Below are positions 1-15,203 of a stretch of 64,000 nt of DNA, one piece after another (the stretch's first letter is position 1; every line of letters begins with the position of its first letter). The notes beneath the pieces were generated by a model. The model had not been told where the DNA came from. It saw only the letters and a program-made list of their open reading frames with translations, and did no database searches. Source of the stretch: the human T2T-CHM13v2.0 reference genome, Homo sapiens; the NCBI RefSeq assembly GCF_009914755.1, contig NC_060931.1. One strand, 5' to 3'. A program made the position numbers and the translations under genes.

Positions 1-1019
1 AGGTGGGAAAGCCCCTAGGGTGGGGCCCAGGGGGGTTGGGGTTCTGATGAGCTGCTCTGCAGTCCCTGTCTTTCTCCCGTTCTCCCTCTCCTTCTGCCTA
101 TTGGTTTCCAACTTTCTCCCTCCCTGCCTCCCTCTCTCTCTGTGAGGACTTGTCACCTCCTGTTTCCCCTGCCCCTTTCCGTTTACTAAGGCTGACGGCG
201 ACTCCTTCATGCTTGTTCACCTTCTGTATTTCTTTGTGATTAGTACGCTTCAACCCTCCGTCCCGTTACATTCTGACTTTCCTGGCAGTCGGGTGAACTT
301 CTCACTGTATAACAGAGACACTGATGCCTCATCCCCACGTTTCCCCAGGTCTGTTCCTCCAGCTTTGCTTTTCCTTGTGTAAAATTCAATCTCTTATATT
401 TTCAAATGGAAGGATCATTTTCTTTCATGATTTCCTCTGTTGCTTCATAGCTGAGCTGATGTTTTGACACATGAGCGCTGATTGAGGACGTGCCTTCCCT
501 GACTTTACCAAGTATATCCTCAGACCTCAGCTGTCCTGACTTTTGCTGTATTTTTTCTGTCGATTCCCTTTGAGCCTACAGGGTTGTATCTCACAATAAC
601 TGTCTGCCTAGATGGGCTGGTAATCAGCACCCAGGTTCCTCCTGGCTACCTGCTGTCTGATGTCAGTGCAGGGAGCCTTGTCTCTTTGGGATGGCAGAGG
701 GGAGCACTTGGGGCCCAGTAGGGCCCTGCCAGCTCTTGGGTCTCTCAGCTACACAGGCACTTTGCCCCTCAGCATCTGCCTGGAGACTGCCTGGCCATCC
801 AGAGAGCCTAGAGGTGGCCATGGCAGCCCTGCCCAGGCCTCATGTGTGTCAGCATGAAACGCCAGTCTCCTGAATGACAGGTGAGGGAGCCTTACCATGT
901 GGCTAGTCGTGAGCATCTGCCTTTCATGTTTTAATTTCATTCATGACACATTTCCATTCAGCACCTGTTCCCAGAGCCTTCTCCAGCCACTTGAACTGTC
1001 CAGGCAACACAACGGGTGA

Positions 1020-1310
1020 TGGGAGTGGATTGGGGGATGCACTGAGGTTCTGAGAGGGGATATGGGGGGATGTGACCTGATTCTGTGGGGGGATCCAGGG
1101 AGACACATCTGGTCCTGGGAGAGGATCTGGGTGTGGACACACCCCAGTCTGGGAGGGCTTCTGGGTGGATGGATGTACCCTGGTCCTAAGAGGGGATCTG
1201 GGGGACACACCTTGGTTTCGGGATGGGATCTAGAGGGGACACAACCCAGTCCTGAGAGGGATTCTGGGTCAATGCACCCTGGTCCTGGGAGCCGATGTGG
1301 GCATCACTGG
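1020..1310. repeat. Degenerate ~33-bp minisatellite, about 9 units (roughly GGATCTGGGGGACACACCCTGGTCCTGGGAGAG)
   Basis: Unit starts at about 1027, 1058, 1091, 1123, 1157, 1194, 1227, 1259 and 1293 (spacing 31-37). Confidence 0.7.
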
Positions 1311-3124
1311 TAGGAGGCGGTGGAATGCCGGGCACGTCCAGAGGGACCAGAAGATGGGGGCTGAGTGAGGTCAAGTTGAGGGGAGGCCTGTGGGCAGACT
1401 CCGAGCCTTACGCTCCCATGCACGGTGTTTGAGGGAAATCATTTCATGTCCTGTGACCTCAGCTGGAAGGAGATGGCTTGACCGGTAGAGAGTGGGGCAG
1501 GGCTGGCTCCTGTGGTTCTGTGCTCACAGAGGGGAGCTCCTGAGCCTAGCAGGAAAGAGACATCATGAACACGTTTTGAGGGTCAGTGCACAGGTAAGTG
1601 CGTGGAGGCAGGGGAGCAGACACACTGGGGAGTTTGGCGGTGGTTTTCTTTTTGTTTCTTCCTGGGGGATGAATGCATAACTCAGAGGCACTGTGGTCAG
1701 TGGCTTTGTGAGTAGGGAGAGCATTGTGCTCAGTTCACAAAATAGGAGTTTGGCTCAGGAGGCTCAGAAAACACCTCCCAGTGTGGACAGGTCTGCACTT
1801 TATGGCCCCCACTGAATGCCTGGGTTTGCAGGAGAGCACAGCAGGGTACTGCTGTTCTGAAATGCAAACTCCCAATATTAAAACTCCTCATCCTGTCCCA
1901 GCTGAACCAGTTTTGTTCTGGGATGGGAACTGATGGAACAGATGGAGATGGCTGCAGCAGCAGTGCCCTTGCTTCGAGCCTCCTGGCAGTGCCAGGGGTG
2001 GAGGCCACCGGCTTTCACGCTCTTCTCCACTCTGTTTACGCATTGGATGCTTCTGTTCCCCAATGCCAGATCGTTCTTGCCCCGTTTGATAAGTTATGTT
2101 TTGACACCAGTAGTAGGGTGTGCTTCATCTTAAGCCCTGGGGAGCACCTCTCAATTTCCTGGCTTATGATGCCAGTGTTGGCTTTTACCAGCCGGGATGC
2201 ATCCCTGGGTGCTCTGTGCCTACTTACTGCTAACTTTTGCAGCAACCCATGAAGAGGGTGACAACAGATACAGACACTAGGAGCTTTCTCCTTCCCCTCC
2301 TGTACTGTTTAGTGTCAATAGCCCTGCGGGTGCCCTGCAGAATCTTTGAGGCTTTAAGGGTCTGGTCTGCTCCTGCCGAGGCAGGTGCCAGTCTCAAGGG
2401 GTGAGGCTTCTGCCAACATTCTTATGAGGGGAAATATTACAGTAGCTCTCACTCTCCTCCCGTCCACCTTCTCAGGGCAGCCCATAGAACAAGAGGCTCT
2501 GGAGAAGGGTGGGGTGGGGATGGGGGCTTGTCTGTTTCATTGCACTACTTCCTGTCTGTCTGGAAAGTTCTCTGCTGTACTTAGGAAAGGTTTACCTGAA
2601 TTGTCAGTGTGCCTGAGGCTGATTCCTTTGGGGGGATTTGAATGAGCTAAAATGACCCCTCCTCTCAACACAGCAAAACAAAGAAACAGAACAAAGGGTC
2701 ACCCTGGGCCCCTGCCCTTCATCTGTCCTTGCCTGCAGGGTCTGGGCAGAGAAGAAGGTCAAGGTACTAAGATGTTCTTTCTGAGTTGTCAGATCTCTTT
2801 AAAATTAATTTCAGCCCTCTATATCATGGTTAGGAATGTAAGGACTTTATTCTGCTTAATAAATCTGAGAACTGGGGCTCTGAAAATTTAAATAACCCAG
2901 GAAAGATAACGGAGCGAATAATAGAGTCACCAGTGGCAGAGCCAGGGTGAGCCCGGGATCTTCCAAGGGAACCACATGGCTGTTTCCTCCTTTCGTGGCC
3001 ACAGATCTCCTCAGCTAAAAAATGCTCACACAGATGTTTTAGGCTTACAAATAACTGAGCTAAAATGCTCCAAAGGGGTGTGAAGGTTCTTTTAACAGAG
3101 CTTTTTCTGTTTCTGAACAAAAAT

Positions 3125-3495
3125 GTCAAAAGTTGGTTCTTTGAAATAGAAAAGCATTAAAGAGACTGATCAAGAAGAAAAAGAGCAGACACAAATAAGG
3201 AGCATGAGGGATGAGAAAGGCTGCAGATAAAGCAGGGATTAAAAATAGATAATAGGGAAATGCTGAGAATAATTTTATGCCAGTATATTTGAAGAGAGAC
3301 AAAATGGCCAAATTTCCAGAAAAAGTGTGAGTTACCAAAGATGATCCGCAAAGAAAAAGAAAGCCTGAAAAATCCTATAATTATTAAAAAGATTGATTCA
3401 GTAATTTACAAGCTCATCAAAAAGTAAACAGCAAGCCCAGATGGTTTTACAGATGAGTTAGACAGAACTTCAAGGAAAACGCGATTGCAATTTGA
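3125..3495 (+). mobile_element. Old L1 ORF2 fragment
   Basis: A-rich, with L1 ORF2-like words aaagttggttctttgaaa and agcccagatggttttacag. Confidence 0.65.
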
Positions 3496-3943
3496 TCAGT
3501 CACAGCATAGAAAGCTCGCTCTCTGAGCCTAGGTCGAGCTGGCTGGTGATTATGGAGGACGGAGCTCGGATTCCCACATCTCACAAAGGCCTGTCACGTG
3601 GACGGCAGGAAAAGCCTCTTTCTCAGTCTTGTTTTCATTAGTGGTTTGGCTTCTTGGTGCCGAAGTGGATTGGGTGGGCGTCAGGTGGATGCTTGGTCCC
3701 TGCCCTGCTGCTGTTTCATGCACCAGGTTCTAGGAGCGAGGGGCAGGGCATGCTGCCTGGTCGGGGTGACATGACTCCTGTGTGCTGTCAGCCCCCTGCC
3801 ATTGCCAGGACACCTGTGCAAGTGGAACTGAGGTCCAGGGTGTTTGTGGTCAGCATCAGAGGCTCTAGAATGCTCCCAGCTCCCAACTTGTTGGTCATAT
3901 GGCCTCCTGGAGCAGCCCCTGCCCAGCCTCCTTCCTGCCTTGA

Positions 3944-4631
<688 letters not shown>

Positions 4632-5322
4632 TTGCCACATCTGTCTTTTTCGTACTTTGTTTGAAGTCTGTGTGGCAGATGGAGGTGGTGGCCAACATGT
4701 GGCTCCTGGACACACTGGTCCTCTTGGTTCTCCCTGATGGAACAGCCCAGGCTCAGAAGCCACATGCCAAGATATAGAGCCCAGGTGTGGCCGGGAGAGG
4801 AAAGGTCCCTGAGCCCACCAGGGCCCACCTCTGTGCTGGTGAGGACATGCGATCTGCTGTGCTGTGGGCATCTGGTGGTCTATGAGGGAGAGGGCAGATC
4901 CGCTGCAAGGAGTCCAGCATCTGCAGCCTGGCTCTCAGATGATTAGGGAACTGGGCCCAGCTATGTCTAGTATAGTGACATGAAGTGACCCATGGAGGGG
5001 ACCTCTGACAGGGTGAGGGACTCAGCACACACAGCTGCAGGCTGCAGGGAGCTTTGCAGTTTCCCACTGGCCTTTCCTGGAAGAGCCCGAGGAGCAGAGC
5101 CACAAGTCAGGGAGAGCAGCCATGGGAAGGCAGGCTCTGACCCCACTCGCTGAGGAAGACAGAGCTGAGAGAGCCTGTCTGGAGTAAAGTGGCCCGTTGG
5201 GACAGCACGTCAGTTAGAATCTGGTTTGGCTGCTAGTAACTGACCTGGAAAATGGTGGCTTAAACAAAATAGAAGTTGTCTGTCTCATGGGCAGAAGTCT
5301 GGAGGGAGGCAGCCCGGGGCTG

Positions 5323-5719
5323 GTGTGGTCAGCTTAGGCTGTGTAACAGAGACTGGGTGGCTGCAACAAGAGAAATGTATTTCCTCACAGTTCTGGAGGC
5401 TGCAGAGTCCAAGATCAAGGTGTTGTCAGGGCTGGTTCCATCTGAGGCCTCTCTCCTTGACTTACCGATGGCCATCTTCTCCCTGTGTCCTCACATGGTC
5501 TTCCCTCTGTGCGCACACCCTTGGTGTCTCTCTGTGTCTCCTGATTTCCTCTTAGGAGGAGAAGAGGAATGCAGCCACATTGGATTAGGGCCCACTCAAT
5601 TACCTCATTTTAATTTAATACCTCCCTAAAGGCCCTATCTTCAAATATAGTCACCACATTGGGTTTTAGGGCTTCAATCTATGAATATGGAGGGGAGGGT
5701 CACAATTTAGTCCATAGCA
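5323..5719 (-). mobile_element. MaLR solo LTR (MLT1A-like), preceded by an older MLT1 fragment at ~5210-5320
   Basis: Typical words ctcacagttctggaggctg, gtccaagatcaaggtg, gtcctcacatgg, ggattagggcccac; ends cacaatttagtccatagca. Confidence 0.8.
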
Positions 5720-7379
5720 GCCACTAAACAACATCTTATTTTATTTCAAATAAAAGTCGAGTGTATGATTTAAAAATAAGGAGATGCTGCGTGTGAGTCC
5801 TGGATGAGTGTGCCTGGACTGGTGAGTGCCTGGCTCTGGGCTCCCTGGATGGCTGAGTGCAAATAGAAGTACATATGGCCGCCCCTGTGCAGCTGGTGGA
5901 GAAGCAGGCCTGGGCTGGGGGGACGGTCCCTTCCTGCTGGGTTTCCTCCCTTCCCCCCCTGCTCTTACTTGAACTGCATGTGGCAGGAGGCAGGAGAGGG
6001 GATCCTGCCAGGTTCTCAGCTGGCTCTGATGGACTGTGGCTGGGCAGCTCCCTAACTGGCTCCAGGCCTCAGATCCACCAGCCCTGAGTGTGGCTGGTTG
6101 TGGGTGATGAGGGGCGGTGGTATCCATACCTGAGCGCACTGCACCCTTAGCCTGCTCCTCTGATCAGGGCCTGCTGTCCACCCTGGAAGGAGACTCCTTT
6201 TCGCAGTACTGCCACAACTTTAGAGGCCATTATTGTTTGTTTTTTTTTCCAGTCCTCCTTCTGGTTTGTCTCGATGGTGATTTTACCTTGTGGAGCAATG
6301 GCTGGTAGAGGTGCAGTCATGAGTCCTCATTAATAGGTGTGTAGTGAATGAATGCAATTGAGTGTGATTGGGGAATTGATCCTGTAGCTTCTTTGGCCCA
6401 GTGCTCCCAGCGGTGGCCTCTTTGTGTGTGCATCTCATACACATGCTTTTGTGACCTTGCTAGTGAACTCGGGATGAGAGGTAGGGGTGAGGACAAGTGG
6501 AGATGGCCCTCACCTTCCAGACATGTCCAGCCTGGAGATGGTGCCAGGAGAAGGGAAGGGGCCTGAAACCCTCCAGCAGTGTGGATGGAGGACACCATGG
6601 CTGAGAACACTAACCAGGCTTGGGGCAGGGCAGAGGACGCCAGGGCTGCTCTGGCTGTAGAGATGCTCTCAGAAGTGACCAGTGCCAGGGCTTCAGGAGG
6701 TGGCCTTGACTGAACCGAATAGGGACGTACTATGGGGAAGAACAAGAGTGATCAGGGCTTTGAGGGATGTGTAGGGGTTTGCCAGGTAGAGGCAGGGAGG
6801 TGGGAACTGGAGGAGGCATTCAGGCAGCAAATTGAGGTGGAGGTGGTCACAGGTATTACTTTTGGTAAGCGTGAGCTCTGCCTTCCTTCTGCTTGGAGAG
6901 GAAGGGGATATGGGCTGGAAGTGCAGCTCCACTGGGTGGTGAAGACCACTTGGGGGCTTCAGGGTGTTCATGGTCCCCCACAAGGGTCTAGCCTGAAGTC
7001 TGTGCCTGTCGCAGCTGGAGAGCACAGGGTGAGAGGCATAGGAGGTCACCCTCAGCTTCCTCCTCCGCTGCCTGCAGCCTGTCCAGGAAGCCCTGTATCC
7101 CTGAGTTCAGCTCCCTCTTCCATACTATGGAGCTGGCCCCTCCCAGAGCCCTGGCTGTTCCTCAGATGCCATTATTAAATCAGAATTCCAAAAATAATAT
7201 GCAGCTATTTAAAGCACACACTCAATTTGTTACCCTAACAAGGTAAATGGAACAATTTTGAGTTCTCATCATGTGAAGAAATTTATCAAGAGAAAGAAGA
7301 CTTCCATTTAAGTGATGCAGTATGGATTTTTAAATGGGGCTGGCCAATGGACAGCACCTTCTCAAACAACTACCGTTGT

Positions 7380-10300
7380 GATTTATTTTTCATTTTTAAA
7401 TGGCTTTATTGAGTTTATGTACCATAAAGTTCAATTAAATAAACTTTGTCCAACTGAATAAAGTTCACTCAAATGCTTTTTCCTATAGAGTTATTATTAT
7501 TTAGAATTATGCAAGAATCTTAGTCTTATTACACATTAATCTTATTTAATACATATGTCAAATGATCTTATTGTAGAAAATTAGTATACAATAATCTAAA
7601 TTTAGGATATTTTTATTATCCCCCAAAGACACCTCATATCCATTAGCAGTCACTCTCCATGTATACCCACACCTGCCCTCCAGCAAGACATAGGCACCCA
7701 CTAATTTACTTTCTGTCTCCATAGATTTACCTGTTCTGGACATTTCATACAAATGGAATCATATAATAGGTGATCTTTTGTGACTGGCTCTTTCCACTTA
7801 GCATAATGTTTTTGAGGTGCATCCAGATCATAGCATGTTTTAGTATTTCATTCTTTTTTATGGACAAATAATATTCCACTGTATGGATGGATCACATTTT
7901 GTTTATCTGTTCACGGCTGATACATATTTGGGTTGTTTCCACTCTGGCTATAATAAGTAATGCTACTATAAAAAATCATGCACAAGTTTTTGTGTGAACA
8001 CATTTTCATTTCTTTTGGATAAATACCTAGGAGTAGAATTGCTAGGTCTTGTGGTAACTCTATGGTTAGCATTTTAAGGAGCTGCTAGACTGTTTTCCAA
8101 AGTGGCTGCACCATTTTCCATCCCTACCAGGAGTATGCAAAGCCTCTAGTTTCTCCATATTCAGAATCTTTTTTTTTGTTTAAATTAAACTGTTTTTATT
8201 TTGAACTACTTGTAGATTCACATTTAGTTATAAGAAATAACACAGAGAGATCCCATGTGCCCTTTACCCAGCTTCCCCAGTGGCAACATCTGCAGAACTG
8301 TGGTACAATATCACAACTAGGATATTGACATTGGGACAGCCAAGATATGGAACATCCGTCACCCTGAGGATCCCTCATGTTCCCTTTAAATAGCCACATC
8401 CACTTCCCTCCACAACACCTTCATTCTTAAGACCTGGGAATCACTAACCTGTTACCCATTTCTTTAAATTTGTGATTTCAAAAAATTTATATAAATGGAA
8501 TAATAAAATACTGTAGACATTTGGGATTGGCTTTTTTTTCACTCAGCATAATTATTTGGAGGTTCATCCATATTGTTGAATATATCAATATTTGTTTCTT
8601 TTTATTACTAAGTGGCATTCTATGGTGTGGCTGTATCACAGTTTGTTTAATTGTTGGCCCATTGAAGAATGTCTTGGTAGTTTCCAGTTTTGGCCTATTA
8701 GGAATAAAGCTGCTATGAACATTCATGCACAGGTTTTTGTGTGAACATAGGTACTAATTTTTCTGGCTCAAATACCTAAAAGTACAGTTGCTGGGTCATA
8801 TGGAAGTTGCCTATTTAGGTTACTGAGAAATAGTGAAACTTTCCCAGAATGGTTGTACCATTTATGTACCCAGCAACATATCCATGTCTTTTGCCTACTT
8901 TCTAACTGGATTTTTTAAACTGCTGGGCTTTGAGAGTTCTTTATATGTTCTAGATAACAGTACTTTTTGGGATATTTTGTTTGTGAATATTTTCTCAAAA
9001 CCTATAGTTGATCATTTCATTCTTTTAGCAGAGTCTTTTTGAGAGCAAATATTTTTAATATTGATGAGGTTTAATTCGCCAGTTTTTCCTTTTGTACTTT
9101 TGGTGTCAAGTCTAAAGACTTTTTGCCTAGCCCTAGTTCTTATGTGTTTTTCTGAAAGTTTTATCTTTTACATTTAAATCTATAACGTATTTTAATTTAA
9201 TTTTTGCATAAGGTATGAGGTTTAGGTTAAGATTCATTTTTTTGTCTATGAATGTCAAGTTGCTGTAGCATTTGTTGAAAAGACTACCCTTCCTCCATTG
9301 AATTACTTTTGAACCTTTGTCAAAAATTTGTTGCGCATATTTGTGTGATCTATTTGTGGATTCTAGATTCTGTTTTATTGTCTTATGTGTTTATCTGGCA
9401 ACCCACGTCACACTGTCTGGATTATTGTTGTTTTATAACAAGCCTTGAAATCAGGTAAAGTGATTTCTTTTACCTTGTTGTTCTTTTTCAAAATTATGTT
9501 AAGTAGTATTATTCCTTTTCCTTTACATTTAAGTGTTAGAATAATTTTGTCTATAGGTACTAAAGAATTTGCTGGGATTTTGATAGGATTTATATTAAAA
9601 CTGTATATCAATTTGGAGAGGGTTGACATCTTTACTAAGTTGAGTCTTCCAATCCATGAACATGGTATGTCTCTCCATTTATTTAGATCTTCTCTGATCT
9701 CTTTAATCAGTCTTTTATGGTTTTTAACATACAAATCCTATACATGTTTTGTTAGATTTACACCTCAGTATTTCATTTTTGAGCAACTGTAAATGGTATT
9801 GTATCTTAAATATCAGTGTCCATGTGTTTATTGCCAGTATATAGAAATGTAATTGACTTTTGTATATTGATCTTGTATCCTGTGACCTTCTGAACTTAAT
9901 TATTTGTTCTAGGAGTCTTTTTGGTACAATTTTCTTTTGTTTCTGCTTTTGTAACATCCATTGTATTTCCCATGTAGACCATCATATTACTTTTATTTCT
10001 TTCTTTCCAATCTGTATGCCTTTTCTTTCCTTTTCTGAACTTACTGCACTAATAAGACCTTCCCATGAGATGATGAATATGAGTAATGGGAGCCAACATC
10101 CTTGCCTTGTTCCCAGTGAAAGCATTCAATGTTTGTTAGGTGTAGGCTTTTTCTGAATATTCCTTATAATGAGGAGGAAATTTTTTTTCTATTTTCATTT
10201 TTCTGGAAGTTTTCATCATAAATAGATGTTGAATTTTGTCAAATTCTTTTTTGGTATCAATTGCTATGTGATTTTTTTTTTTATTCTGTTGACATGGTGT

Positions 10301-11403
10301 GTTGCACTGATTGATGTTTCAATTTTGAATTAGCATTACATCCCTGGATTAAACCCCATGTGTTTGGGGTATATACTTCTTGTTGCATATCACTGAATTG
10401 CTATCTTGTAAAAGACTTTTATATCTATGTTTCTAAAGTGCATTCGTAGTTCTTTATTTAGTCATTCTTATGATGGTTGCTTTACAGTCTTTGTTGGTTA
10501 TTCTGGCATCTCTGTCTTGGTATTGATGTGTGTTGGTTGTCTTTGTTCACTTGATGAGCTTGTTCTAGTTCTTGGTATGATGAGTGATGGTTCACTGGAA
10601 CCTAGGCATTTGGAATGTTGTGTATGAGCCTCTGTATATTATTTGGACATTTTGTTTTTGATGATTTTCTGTGACATGACTCTGGTTGGGAAAGGGGGGT
10701 TGCTGTCTCTTTACTGCCAGGTGGGGTTAGAAGTTTAGGCTCCACACTGGGCCTCTGTTGACACCATGTGGGGAGGGCTCCTTCTTACTGCTGGGCAGGA
10801 GTGAGAGTTCTAGTCCCTCATGGTCCCCGCTAATAGTACCTGGCTTGGGGGAGGAGAATGAGATCCCCTTGGTTCCCACTGACTCTGCAGAGTTGGGGGA
10901 TGCTTGTTACCAGCAGGTGGAGAGGGAAGGCTTGGCTCACTCTGGGAGTGGGTGGGTTGATTGGGGGCCCCTTCACAGCCTGGGGTGGGGGTGGAGGTCT
11001 GGCCTCTCTACTTGGCCTTTGCTGGTGTGGGTGGGGTTGGGGCACAGAGTTTTCAGTGTCTCTGGCCTGGAGTAGGTAAGTTATTGTCTGGAAGTTTTCT
11101 TCTTGTGAGGTTGCCCAGTCCTGGGCCTTTGGCTGAAGAGAGCTGCTTTTGTTGTGTTTTCCTTTGGTCTGTGCCTATTGGTATTGCTGACTTGCCCACT
11201 TCTCAAGCACTCAGTCTGGCATATATGAGGCTAAAGAAACCTCAGGAACTCACCTTTATGTCATTTCTTGGTTTCAAGATTTCTGCCTTCTTCCCTCTGA
11301 CTTTTAGTCTTGGTTGTTTGATGTGTAACATCCAGGACTTTCAGCTGTGTTCAGCAGGAGGAATAGGGAAAAATACTTCTCCATCTTCCCAGAAGTAGAG
11401 TCT
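7380..11403 (-). mobile_element. Composite of old antisense L1M elements (two 3' ends, ORF2 remnant, 5'-end fragment)
   Basis: T-rich. Track ORF 9408..9734(-) translates to L1 ORF2-like KWRDIPCSWIGRLNLVKMSTL. Decayed 3'UTR motifs begin at ~7380 and ~8170. Confidence 0.85.
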
Positions 11404-12143
11404 TCACAATTGTCACTGAAAATCTAGTTTTTTTTAAGAGTACATTTAAGTCACATTTTGATAATCAAGATAAATTCGTTAAGATTTTTATATAGCCTTT
11501 ATAGGACACTGAGGTACTTTGTATGATCCATATTCATATTAGCTTTTATACTTTTGATTTCTGGCTATTTAAATTATTTTGTTGGCTAGAGCTTATTGAC
11601 ATATGATCTGTTCTTGACACTAATGTTTACTGCTGCTTGGGCCTTGAGGGTTTTGAGATTGGATGTGAATTTCACGTGGAATCTTTATAATGTGAATGAG
11701 CTACTTCGTCTTTTTTTTTTTTTAATCAGAAATGAATGCTGAGTCTTATCAGATGGCAGCTTGCTTCCTGTGGGAAAGGTTTTGTACTTTAGTCTGTGGT
11801 TATTAACTTGCATTGGCTTAGATGCTGCTGCTAATCCAATGGACGGAGCTAATGCTGAGCCCTTGGTTAGAAATGCAGTTGTCCTTAGGAACGTCGTGTG
11901 ACAGTGGCTTACAGAAGTAACATAGCTCTTTTTGTCTTACGTATACATTCCAGGGTAGGCACTTTATGGTGGTGCGGCAGATGTGATCCATGAAACCCTC
12001 AGCTGTCTCCATCTAGCTCGCCACCTGTGTCCCTAGTGTGTTGCCTTCATCCTCCTAAACCAAGATGGTAGGTGGAGATCTGGCTGTTATGACTGTGTTC
12101 CCAACAACAGCAGGAGAAGAAGGGAAGAGGGACAAGCTGTTTT

Positions 12144-13015
12144 GTTTTTTAAATTTTAACCTTCATTTTAGATTGAGGGTACATGTGCAGGTTTGTTACG
12201 TTGATATACTGTGTGATACTCAGGTTTGAGGTACAATTGATCCCATAACCCGGGTACTAAAGCATAGTACCCAGTAGCTAGTTTTCAACCTTTGCCTCCC
12301 TCCGTCCCTCTCTCCTCCTTTTTGGAGTCCCCAGTGTCTGTTCTTCCCATATTTATGTCTATATGTATCCAATGTTTAGCTTCCACTCGTAAGTGAGAAC
12401 ATGTGGTATTTGGTTTTCTGTTTCTGTGTTACTTCAGTGGCCTCCAGCTGCATCCATGTTGCTGTAAAGGACATCATTTCATTCTTTTTTATGGCTGCAT
12501 AGTATTCCATGGTGTATATGTACCACATTTTCTTTATCCAGCCCACCATTGATGGGCACCTGTGTTGATTTCATGTCTTTTATTGTAAATAGTGCTGCGA
12601 TGTACATACACATGTATGTGTCTTTTTGGTAGAATGATTTATTTTCTTTTGGATATGTACCCAGTAATGGGATTGCGGATTTGATGGCAGTGCTGTTTTA
12701 AGTTCTTTGTGAAATCTCCAAATTACTTTCCACAGTGGCTGAACTAATTTACGTTTCCCACCAGCAGTGTATTCCCACCAAATGTTCCCTTTTCTCCACG
12801 GCCTCACCAGCATCTGTTGTTTTTTGACTTTTTAATGGTAGCCATTCTGACTTCTGTGAGATGGTATCTCATGGTGGTTTTGATTTGCATTTCTCTAATG
12901 ATTAGTGATGATGAGCATTTTTTCATGTTTGTTGGCTCCTTGTATGTCTTCTTTTGAGAAGTGACTGTTCATGTCCTTTGCCCAGTTTTTAATGAAGGTT
13001 ATTTGGTTTTTGCTA
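12144..13015 (-). mobile_element. 5'-truncated primate L1 (old L1PA/L1PB 3' end) inserted into an MLT1-type LTR (~11880-13170)
   Basis: L1P 3'UTR words tacatgtgcaggtttgttac and taagtgagaacatgtggtatttgg. TSD acaagctgtttt at ~12132 and ~13018. The MLT1-like word ggccacatctagctgcatgggaggctggaaa follows. Confidence 0.85.
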
Positions 13016-15084
13016 GAACAAGCTGTTTTTAAGGAACATTTCCAAAGCTTCCACATGACCTTTCAACTCATGTCTCCCTGGCCACATCTAGCTGCATGGG
13101 AGGCTGGAAAGTATGGTCTTTATTCCAGGTAGCCAAGAACCCCAATGAAAATAAGGGTCTCTCTTGTCAGGCCAGCAGTGGAGCAGGGCTACTGGGGACA
13201 GCCAGCTGATAGCTGGGTGACTCTGCCACAGCTGGTTCTTGCAGCACCCTGTGCCACGGCTGAGTTGTCCACGTGAGCTCCAGTCTCCCATGCTGGGGGC
13301 CGTGTGCGGGAAGTCAGGATGTGTGCCAGGGGCTTCCCAGCAGTCTTTCTTTCCTTCCTGGGATCAGCATTTGTGGCTCTGGATGCTCCCCCATCACCTG
13401 TCACATTTTTGTGGTCCTTGGAGTTCAGTATCCTGCATTTTTCAATTCCTCAGAAAGTGGGTGCCAAGGTGGAGGCCACATGGGGGCTGCGGCAGAGCTT
13501 CATGGGAGCTACTTGGGGGCTATAGTGAGGGCTCGGGTGGGGACTGCAGTGGGGCCCTTGGTGGGGGTGGGTTCTCAGTGTAGACCTTGGCCTTGTTTAG
13601 GACACACCTCCAGGCCACAGACTCCGGTGCCAGGACTCAGGCAGCTGAGGCATAGACTTAGCCTCACTTGGCATCAGACAGAGCTGGACCTGGTCTTCCT
13701 TCTCTGAAGTTTATGTGGAAGTAACTTACCAGGGGAAACTTCAAGTGTGCCAAATTTGTTCTCCCATTGTAAAATGGGCTGTGCTCATGGAATGCTATCT
13801 GCCATGTGGAACAGAGGGGTGAGGCCCTCATGGCCACTTCCCAGAGATCATCTGGGATTTTGGGATGTGGGTAGCTATTTTCACTGTGGCTGCTCCTATG
13901 GCTCCTGAATGTGAAGGTGTCTGGGCACCTGTGCTCCTTCCGAGAAAGTCACACAGGATGGAGGCCGCTCCTGGGTCAGGGATGTAGCCTGTGCAGGAGG
14001 GACTCCCAGGGCTGTGCCCGGCAGGCTTGCGTGGCTGGGGATGGAGAGGAGGCGGAAGCATCTCAGTGCTGGGTGCCCGCGTGACTACTGCTAAGGCTCC
14101 TTGGAGGGAGGGAATGCTGCTGGCACTGAGCACGACAGGCCGCTGCGGAGGGGCTTGGAGCCAGAGGGCGCGGTGGGAGGGATGGAGCTTCTTCCCCTCT
14201 TCAGCCTGTTTCCGCGCTTGTCAGTGGGATGTTCTACCTGATTCTACGTGGGATTTAAACTCTGCTCTTTTGCTTTTCTTTTCAAAGCAGAGTGGGAGGG
14301 GCATGGGAGGGACTGAGGGATGAGTCGGGGACCCTCACACCACATTTCTGGAACATGGTCTCTCAGACGTAGGGGTGTGCCCAACAGGTCAAGGGCCAGC
14401 TGGGGTTGGGGTCAGGGAACATCCAACTGGAGGATGAGAATCAAAGTCCTACTTACTCCCTCAGTCCAGACAAGGAAACTGAGGTCTAGGAAGGGGAAAG
14501 GACTCTCCAGGATGGCATAGTTTATTTTGAAAAATCCAAACATTTATTCTTTTCTCTTGGGGGAAAAAAGAAAATGCTTGACCTACACAGCTAAGGGAGA
14601 AGTAAGAAGACAAAGACCAAGAAAGAATGCCACATGGTCCCGTAGCCCGCCTATCTGTGTAAGAACAAGAGGACTCTGTGGGTACCTCAGGAGGACAGCT
14701 TGTTTTTTTAAGCCAATGTGAAAGACTCTTTCTGGGATATTGTTGGAGCAGTAGGGGGAGGGAGAGAAGCCAGGTTGGGGCCCTGGTGGAGACAGCAGTG
14801 TTTTCACAGCTGTAACCCTGCTGTACACTGAAGCACAGGCCGAGACTCAGGAGTGTGTCCAGGGAGTAGCATGAGGAGCGCCGCAGGGAGGCTTGGGTGT
14901 TGGGGAGGCTGTGCCAGCCCTGGCTAGTGCTCCTGGAGGGAGTTGCTTGTTCAGTGGCAGTCCAGCCCTGGACGTGGGCCTACCCAGGCTCAGGGGCCCG
15001 GCGCCCTTACTGGGGAGGGTGAGGTGAGGAGGAGTGGAGGGAGGGGGCCCTGCTGTCTAACCCGGGCCCTTCTCTTCTGTCCAG

Positions 15085-15203
15085 GAGCGGCTCCTCATGA
15101 GCCTCCTGCCCCGGAACGTTGCCATGGAGATGAAGGAGGACTTCCTGAAGCCCCCTGAGAGGATTTTCCACAAGATTTACATCCAGAGGCACGACAATGT
15201 GAG
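15085..15203 (+). CDS. ADCY1: ADCY1 coding exon (probably exon 3), 119 nt: [39 protein letters not shown](S)
   Basis: Acceptor ccttctcttctgtccAG (15083-84) and donor GAG|GTaggg (15204). The peptide is the helical linker leading into the class III cyclase domain. Confidence 0.96.

Noticed and set aside
13990-14260. CpG island or internal promoter
   Set aside because: GC-rich but with only scattered CpGs over a short span; no other promoter evidence is visible.
14870-15100. Intronic catgaggagc complementary to the start of the exon (possible acceptor-masking stem)
   Set aside because: Only ~10 contiguous bp in GC-rich sequence, and the same word occurs at 34611; compatible with chance.
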